DNA from: Hamiltosporidium tvaerminnensis FI-OER-3-3
Lineage: Eukaryota; Fungi; Microsporidia
Direction of reading: 5' to 3'
Length of the DNA stretch: 64,000 bases
NCBI GenBank assembly: GCA_022605425.2
Contig: CM061252.1
Coordinates: forward strand, 372,001 to 436,000
How positions within the stretch are numbered: the stretch's first letter is position 1; every line of letters begins with the position of its first letter. A program made the position numbers and the translations under genes. The notes beneath the pieces were generated by a model, which was not told where the DNA came from, made no database searches, and was given only the letters and a program-made list of their open reading frames with translations. Shown here in pieces: positions 56,362-64,000 of the stretch.

Positions 56362-56976
56362 ATACCTTCTTTTCATTCTATAAATTCGGAGATGGAAAAC
56401 TCGAAACGCGTTGTTTTTTATACCAAAAAAAATTACATACAATGGAGACTATACTTACTGATCAATTCTAAATAGATTGTTCGGGTGTAATTATCCACTC
56501 TCTGCTAATAAATCGAAAATAAATGTAAAATAAATCGAAGCGCAACAATTTTATAAACTAAATTTTTAGAATTTAAAATAGATGAACATTAGACATAAAT
56601 TAAAAATTTGTGTGTTTTTACCCATGATGTTCAATATAAGTTCATATCATAAAAATGGACTTGTATGCATACATTTAGAATAAATTAACACATTGAAGTA
56701 TACTACTAATTCTTACCAATAAAACGGCCAAGATTAATTGATAAAATATTTTCATTGTTTTATTTCAACTCATATATTTAAATTTTTGTTAGGATTTCGA
56801 ATTTAAAATTATTTTTTATTCTTTAATTTGATTTTCTTTTTGAAAAATAAACTTATTTGAAAAGATAAAAATATTTAAGGCAATTAAAAAAGAAGGTTCT
56901 CTAGGTTTTCTAAAATTATAAATCAAAATAAAAAAATGTTAAAAAATATTAAAAACTTTTGAATTATAAAGCTCAA

Positions 56977-58625
56977 CTACTCTTTAATTATTTCAAAATC
57001 AATGCTTAAAATGCTTCTCTTGTCAAATTTTTCGGTTAAGTGTTTTATTCTAAATAAAACACATTTTAAAAAGAAATCACGACACGCTTCCATTTCTTCT
57101 TGACCAATTAAAAACATTTTTTTGTTTGTTTCAAGTTTTTCTAAAAAATCGTTATAGATTTCTTGGAAAGAAACTAACGAAATTTCAAAGGCAAAAATTG
57201 TTAATTCACATTTGAAATATTCTGTTCTTAAATATAATCTATATATCTCAAGTAAGAAACTAAACCAAAGGCGACAGCATGGAGACATTTGTTGGATTAA
57301 ACTCTTTGTAAAATCAGAAATAGATTCGCGTTCTTTATGTATTATTTCAGTAAAAGATAGTCTATTTTGAGAATATATAAAATCATCAGAATAATTTACT
57401 AAAAATTCGAATAAAAAATCTTTTAAATCAATAAATGACATATGGATAATATGCAAATTGACGTTTTCACCACCATATTTTTGAAATAGATCTTTAATAT
57501 TATCGAAATAAAAATTATAAAAATATAATGAATTCTGCGCAAATAAAAATTCTGGTTTAAATAATTGAAATTCATCCGTAAGAATCGTAACGAAAAAAAT
57601 TCTTTTATTTTTTTTTGCTTTTTTGAAATTTATTCGAACCTCAGCGCAGAATTCACATAAAAGGGAAAAGAAACTCGTAAAATTTAAATGCTTTTCTCTG
57701 ATTGAAAAAGGAACAAATATATTATCAAGCTCAGTATCGAATTGCAGTTTTCTTTCATAATCTGTAATCTTTTATAAATTTTGTTTTTTTCTTTTTCAAT
57801 TTCAATGCATTCTTCCTTCGTTTTTCCAAAAAACCTAAAATAAATTTCTTTCTGAAATTTTAAATATAATGACTGATAAAATTTATAAACCAATTTTTCA
57901 ACACAATCATATAAAAAGAATTTAGATTTCATAACTTCAAGTATGTTTGAAATAATTTTCTCTTTTGCATTATCCCGACAGGCGGCTTCTTTCAAATCGA
58001 TTTCATTATCTCTTTTAAATTCAACAATAAACCTTTTAATTTCTTCTTTAAAAACCAAGTAAGCATCATCGAAGAAATCTGCATTTATTTTATCGCTGTT
58101 AATGGGTTGAGAAAATCGATTTTTTAAAAAATCTATCATTTTTTTTTTAACTACCGAGCCAAAATTACTAATTATTTTTCCTACAAATTTGTTATCAAAC
58201 TTTTTGTTTTTTAAATACTCTTTATTTCTTTCATTAATATCTTCAATATATTCTTCGGTAGTAAGAAAGTCAATCGTATCAAAAATAGATTCTTTCATAA
58301 ATCTAAATCCTGGTTCCATTATATAATGGAAATCAAAAGAATCTTCCATAGAATTAGTAGTAATTAAACAGAACCTTTTACCTTGCCGTTGCATAGGAGA
58401 ATGATATGGATTTTTTTCTTTGCAATCTCTTATTTTCGTGTCATTAATTGAATCTTTAAAATTATCATTTTTTGCTCCCAACATATTTTTCTTTTGTGAT
58501 CTCCCACTACAAACTACACTACAAAGTATATGCATCGTATTACAACCAACATTTATGTACGAAATACAAGTCGTTCTTTCAATCATCAAAGATATTAAAC
58601 CTACTACGAATAATGTTCCTCTCAT
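56977..58625 (-). pseudogene. Paralog D of the secreted protein family; single 1-bp frameshift (may be intact if this is a sequencing error)
   Basis: ORFs 57684-58625 and 56977-57456 join into one open frame if one A is added at the run 57748-57751. The span is 1649 bp versus 1650 bp for paralog C. Signal-peptide-like MRGTLFVVGLISLMIERTTC. Confidence 0.85.
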
Positions 58626-58890
58626 ATAAATTTTTCTATAAAAAAATATTTATATAGTTTTATTTTATAAATAATTTTCCATTTTAGTAAAAAAACAATA
58701 AATTGTCATTAAATTTTAATTTAAATAAAATCTTTTTCGATCATTGATATATTATAATTTTATTAAAGTAATTTGTAAAGTCGAAAGAATCGGCTTTTTT
58801 TTTATCAATTTATAGGATTAAGAGTGTAAATAGTGATAATCAAATTCGTTAAATCTTTTTTGATGCTTTTGACATTTTTTTGATTAAGAA
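58626..58890 (-). promoter_or_regulatory. Conserved upstream region of paralog D
   Basis: AAAATAAAACTATATAAATATT..AAAAATTTAT-ATG and further homology with the paralog C and B upstream regions. Confidence 0.55.
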
Positions 58891-60932
58891 CAATCATTAT
58901 CATATTTGTTTTGAAAAGTATAAGCTTGTTATATTAAAGGCAGTAAATTTATTTTAAAGAGTATTTGTTAGGATAATACAACGTGAAATTTTAATCCAAT
59001 ATCTTTAACTTACTACCAAATCTTAAAATAGATTTTAATAAAAGAAAAATACAGCAAATAATTCAGAAATTTTTGTTTCATGCTGTATTAGAAATTGTAT
59101 AATTCAAGGCAATTTTTTCTGTGAAAAATGCTTAAGATCACCAAATATTCTAAAGTTCGAAACACCTTCCAAAAAAATATATAAAGAAACAAGTGAATCA
59201 ACACTAGCATAAATTTCTAATAAATACATATATTGTTGAATCCATAACTTACTAAATGACAAATAATGATATTAAAGTCGAAAAAAGAGAGAAAGTACAA
59301 TATAAATCCATATTAAACTTATTTGTATGGTTATGGCTTCTTATATATATTTTTGTGGTTTTTCAAAATCTTTAAACTAATTACAGTACGCTAATTAAAA
59401 CATCTATATTTTTTAATCAAATTCTACACAAGCTTTGTAGTATTGATACAAAAAAATATCCATTGATTCTTATATTTTACATTTATATTTGTTTTAAACA
59501 ATTTCTACTTTATTATTTCGTAAAAAAAAATTATAAAAATCAATTGTGTCTTTTATTCTAAAACTTCATTGAATAGAAAATAAATCTAAATTTATATTAG
59601 GTTGGTTTTCTTTTTGTTTTTACTGGTTGTATTCTACTTCTTCTTCTGCTTTGTTTTTTGTTTTTTAATTTGAATCGTTTTCTACATTTTAAATCAAAGA
59701 TTTGATTTCGGTATTTCATTCCTTTTTTGTGTTTATTAATTTAAGTTTTTGTCAAGAATTTCATCCTTGTTCGCTCTCTATATAATCGTACGAATTGTGA
59801 GTCTTATCTTTGGTTTTTAGTGGATAATTCTATGACATATACATTCTCATCAAATTTAGTTGCTGTCATATATATCTTTTTTGCTTGAAACAAATCTTTC
59901 AAAAGCTTTTTAAGTAATATCGGCTGGAGACATGTCTCAATTTTTATAGTATTTAAGCTTTCTACGATGCATTTTATAGTATTTATTACATTATAATTAT
60001 ATTATTGCATATGTGATATCGAACAGACCGTTTTAAAGAAGAAAAAATTTGGTAGTCAATAACCCTCGCTGTTTTCGGTTTTAAGTTGGTAGATTGTTGG
60101 CAAAACCTATTTGATAATTATGACCTTAATATTCCAATCATGTTCAATTTCTTCAAAACAAATAAATCTGGTCATTATTCAGGCTTTTGAACATTTAACT
60201 CTAAATGTCATTTTTAGTACAAAAAACACCTTTCGCGAATTTCTTGAAAAACGAGTATCTTTTTCGTAAAAGACATGGACTAGAATTTTGTAAAAACGAA
60301 CGCAGACACTAAACTATTTCTTCGTTGCTATTTTGCTTTGTCTACATTATTTCTTAACATCTCACTATAAGTTGCAGTACATTTATTCTGTCTTTCATTT
60401 AAAATTTTTTTCTGAATCAACAAGAAAACTGATTTAACTAGGCCTTTTACTTATAATATTAAGCTAAGTAGAGCAATGCCTCACACTCTCTGACTTAAGA
60501 TTTGAGCTTGGTACAAGATTTATTGTAATTTCTGTTTTCTATTTTCCAACTATATTCATCGTTAAAAGTTTTTCTACCATTCCACCCATTTGCTTCCTTT
60601 ATATCTACATTTAAGTGTGTTAAGCTTTTTATTACTGGAAAGCGCTGTTTATTTTCGTTTCCTACGTTTAAGATCAATGCTATTCTGGTAGATATTTATA
60701 ATTTAATTTCAGGCAATTAATGGGTAGCAAAAACATATGTTTACTTCACATCGCAATAGTATGAAAGTTTCTTTAAACTATGATCGACTGGTTAAAGATA
60801 TGTTTATAAAACGAAGATCTGATATTTAATTTATTCTAATCCACGAATATAGTCAGGATTTTAACTTGAAATTATAATCTGGTTATAGACAGTGTAAATC
60901 TATAGAAAACCATAAGCCATATCATGGTGATA

Positions 60933-61166
60933 TTTATTCATTCATCCTCAGCACTACAGCCCTACAAGAGCATTGGCTTCCCTCTGTATTGTCACCCACT
61001 GGTCTATTTCCAGTGGGTTTGTTTGGTTTTAGGGTACCTTAAAAAGTGGTTTTAAATAGTGGGTTGTTGCCCTGAGCCAAACCTTGAAAACAAGTCATTT
61101 TTAGCCGCATCTTACGACAAGCAAGGAATACCCTGAGCCAATTCTACTTCCGCATGTGTGAGGAAC
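60933..61166 (-). mobile_element. RTE-derived bipartite SINE-like element (family S), copy 5
   Basis: Reverse complement reads TTCCT..GTAGAATTGGCTCAGGGTATTCCTTGCTTGTCGTAAGATGCGGCTAAAAA..GGGCAACAACCC ... GCCAATGCTCTTGTAGGGCTGTAGTGCTGAGGATGAATGAATAAAT. Confidence 0.85.
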
Positions 61167-61279
61167 ACATAATAAATTTTTTAGGAAATGTTTTTCGGTT
61201 TATTTGAATGCAACAAAGGTTGATCATTCGTCTATAAAAGCATTTCTTCTACCTCCACGAGTTAAAAAAAGCGTGTTTT

Positions 61280-61319
61280 TTCTTCTTTCTTCTTTCTTCT
61301 TTCTTCTATCTTCTTCTTC
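61280..61319. repeat. Imperfect (TTC)n/(TTCTTCT)n pyrimidine tract
   Basis: ttcttctttcttctttcttctttcttctatcttcttcttc is visible in the sequence. Confidence 0.7.
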
Positions 61320-63399
61320 ATATCTATTTGTATAAAAAATGACTGAAAAAGGCCACGATATTTATTCTTAAAACGTAAAATACATAGCAGATTCCACCGG
61401 TTTGTTTCTAACTGAATATTCAAACATTAGGATTGTTCTTGGTTTGTTATCCGTACAAGAAAACTCAGTATTTGTAAAAGAACCTTGAGATCTTAAAAAA
61501 ACTATGTGCAAACCCGCATGAAAATTTTTGCCTGTTTACACTATCGTCTTATAGATTTTTTTGAGTTTTGTGCTTTAGATACATATGCAACACAAATAAA
61601 AATAAATAGAGTATTTTTTTCACCGGAAAACTTATCAATTCGCAAGGTCATCATTTTCTGCAAATGTTTTATATTGCTATTTATAATCTTGTATTTTTTT
61701 CTCTTAATTTCGATTACTAAATCTAAAAAGTTTGTTTTTTTATATACTTAAAACCAGCCATTATAGTGTGAATATATGTTTTTTTTATATTCGATACCAC
61801 ACTTCTTTTGTTTTTTAAATTCTTTTGGTTGAGAAAATATTTAGAAAAACCTATCATTTATTAAATTGTTATTAGAAAGCTGAATTTTTGTTAACAGCCT
61901 ATTTCTTTTAACTTCACGTAGACCTACTTTTTTTCGGGTTTTTTATATAAACTTCATGGATCTTGTCATATCAGTGATCAGGCTTGATCGGAAGCTCTGT
62001 TAAATACCATTTAAATTCGATAATTAAACTCGCTTTACAAATTGCTGGCTTGATATTTTTGTCCAAAATATAACTTTTAATAAAAAAATCAAACCTCATT
62101 ACGATAGCAGCTTTCTTATATGAAATCTAATGAATAATTTTTGAAAGACGAACAAACGAATTTCGGAATATCTGTTGCCTGTTTGATAGATATTCGAACT
62201 ATGAGCGGTTTCATTATTCCCTTTAAAATTTTTAATAGTTAGCTATATGTGCTGATTTTAATCTTTAAGATACGCCAAAACAATTGACCTACAAAAGCTT
62301 AAACTCAAATTCAAATTCAAACCCGTTTGTATATCTTATATAATTTTTGTTGCGTAAACACTCAAAAATCAAAAAATCTTAAATAAAATTTTTTGTTAAC
62401 TTATTTTCAATTTATTTCTATGTAGTCAGGTAAAGTGATTTTTGTGAGCTTTTTTTGCGACGCGAAGTTTAGGTTGTAGCTTTCAAAATGAGGTTATTTG
62501 GAGGTAATATCCCAAAAATTATAAATCAAATATTTTTCGGCCCACAAAAATAGTTTTTCTATTGTATGTCTTCTCTTCATGACATACTTTATCGACTTAA
62601 TATTACATAACCATCAATTATTCGGATCGGTAGATGTAAGTTATATTATCAATTCTTATAATATAACCGAATGCTATATAGATAGTAGCCTATAAATTCT
62701 TGCTTGTTTTTCTGTTCTAACTGCTACCTCGCTAGGTTTTAATATGAAATTTCTTTATGTTGTTCATATATATATTCTCCAATGTATATAATATTAGATC
62801 GATCCAAGAAATAAGACTAACCAAAAAAGAGGGAATTTTAAACGTTTTGGGCCTTGTTATTGTTTTACTCTCTTTTTATTTTCATCGTGTATTCATTTTT
62901 TGAATAAATTGATAATAAATATCGATATAAACTATTAGATACATTACCTCGATTCTTCTCAAAGTCTTATCCCTGTATTATCTCAAATATATTTTATATT
63001 CCTAGAGCAAAGATTTATGAATTTTCTTTTATAGCCGACAGATCTATAGTAAACTGTAATATTGTTTTATTCGTTTGTTTCTAAAATGATTGCAGTCCTG
63101 AAATTTGTCTTTCTCCAGAGTGATCAAAATGCATAAATATTGAAACAAGAAAATGACGATTATGTGTCCATAAAAAGGTTAGTTATTTGCTAACTCTTGT
63201 TTGAATTCGGATCAGGGGCATCTTTATGGTACTAAATTTCCTTTAAAAGCAAAAATTAAATAAAATTGCCGTTAAATTAATAAGACTTTTACAATCTTAA
63301 CTTACTAAATTTTCTGACACCAAACAATATATTAAATTAAAAAATAATAATAAATGTAAGAAATAATATTTTAGACAGCTTTAATAAGAGCTAAACAGT

Positions 63400-63810
63400 A
63401 TTGGCATTACACCTAATAATGTATTTTCTCTTTTTCCAACAGCAAATAATAAAGTAACAAATTTTTCCTTTAGTTTGCCATCGATTTTTAATAACCTTGT
63501 TGTGTGGAGACCAATTTCTCTCAATTGTGTTGGTGGAACCAACGGAGATCAAATCAATAAATCCTAGCGAGTAATTTACTGTTTTGGGATAAAAATATAT
63601 TTCTAAATCCCGATAAACTTTCCACTGTTCTGTTTAGATTATACTGCCAGGCTTCAAAGTTGTAATATTATGCGGGCAAGTGTTTCTTTAGTTCTATCAG
63701 AGATAGGTATCAACATTATTTTACGAGCTGGTGTTCTTTCAACCAACCCTAACCCTATGTTTCGTTCGTTTACCAAATTTGGATTTTTCAATTTCTAAAT
63801 TATTTCATTG
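63400..63810 (-). pseudogene. Decayed Merlin (IS1016/ISXO2-like) DDE transposase
   Basis: Minus-strand pieces LEIEKSKFGKRTKHR (compare VEIDESKFGKRKYHRG), GLVERTPARKIMLIPISDRTKETLARII, KPGSII*TEQWKVY (compare PGSII.SD.WKAY) and KTVNYSLGFID...STNTIERNWS (compare TVNHS..FVDP.TG.HTNTIEG.WS). Frameshifts and stops are present. Confidence 0.85.
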
Positions 63811-64000
63811 CGTCAAATATATTCCTTGGTCGCAATAAAATTACTTTTGTCTTTATAATTCATTTTTTTAACTAATGCCTTTGATTCCTCTTTAGAATAT
63901 CTTGATCAGAAGATATCTTCTCATTTGTGTATTATTAACCAAACCACTGACTATTTTTTAAAAAATTTTAGACTTTTTCTATAATTCTCAACCAAGGTAC

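Noticed and set aside
35405-58657. Plus-strand ORFs overlapping the paralogs (35405, 35915, 36067, 47300, 49442, 50522, 50668, 58420, 58472) and minus-strand ORFs over the RT (52652, 54919)
   Set aside because: Antisense shadows of real coding sequence.
63745-63757. Telomere-like AACCCTAACCCTA
   Set aside because: Only two units, and they lie within the Merlin transposase remnant.
1-64000. CRISPR array, rRNA, tRNA or prokaryotic operons
   Set aside because: No regularly spaced repeats, no rRNA/tRNA signatures and no bacterial gene organisation were seen.

Overview
Very AT-rich, gene-poor eukaryotic DNA. It is most likely from a large-genome microsporidian (Hamiltosporidium-like). This is an inference from AAATTT motifs just before start codons, intronless genes, TTAACACC-type repeats and the transposon mix. 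The first ~32 kb has no credible intact gene, only mobile-element debris. The right half holds four co-oriented (- strand) paralogs of a ~549-aa putatively secreted protein: one intact (49417-51066), one with a single frameshift, one with a nonsense change plus a frameshift, and one heavily decayed. Mobile DNA comprises a near full-length but disabled RT + restriction-like-endonuclease non-LTR retrotransposon (R4/Dong-like, ~52.6-56.4 kb), a decayed KRBA2/SCAND3-like integrase at the left edge, a decayed Merlin/ISXO2 transposase at the right edge, five copies of a ~230-285-bp RTE-derived bipartite SINE-like element, and five copies of a ~725-bp non-coding element. The 725-bp element is the most unusual feature. 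It is always full length, one copy has a 13-bp target-site duplication, and it sits just downstream of three of the four secreted-protein paralogs. Its RNA appears to fold into several stems and pseudoknots whose order partly resembles a group I ribozyme core. All alignments and folds were done by eye.
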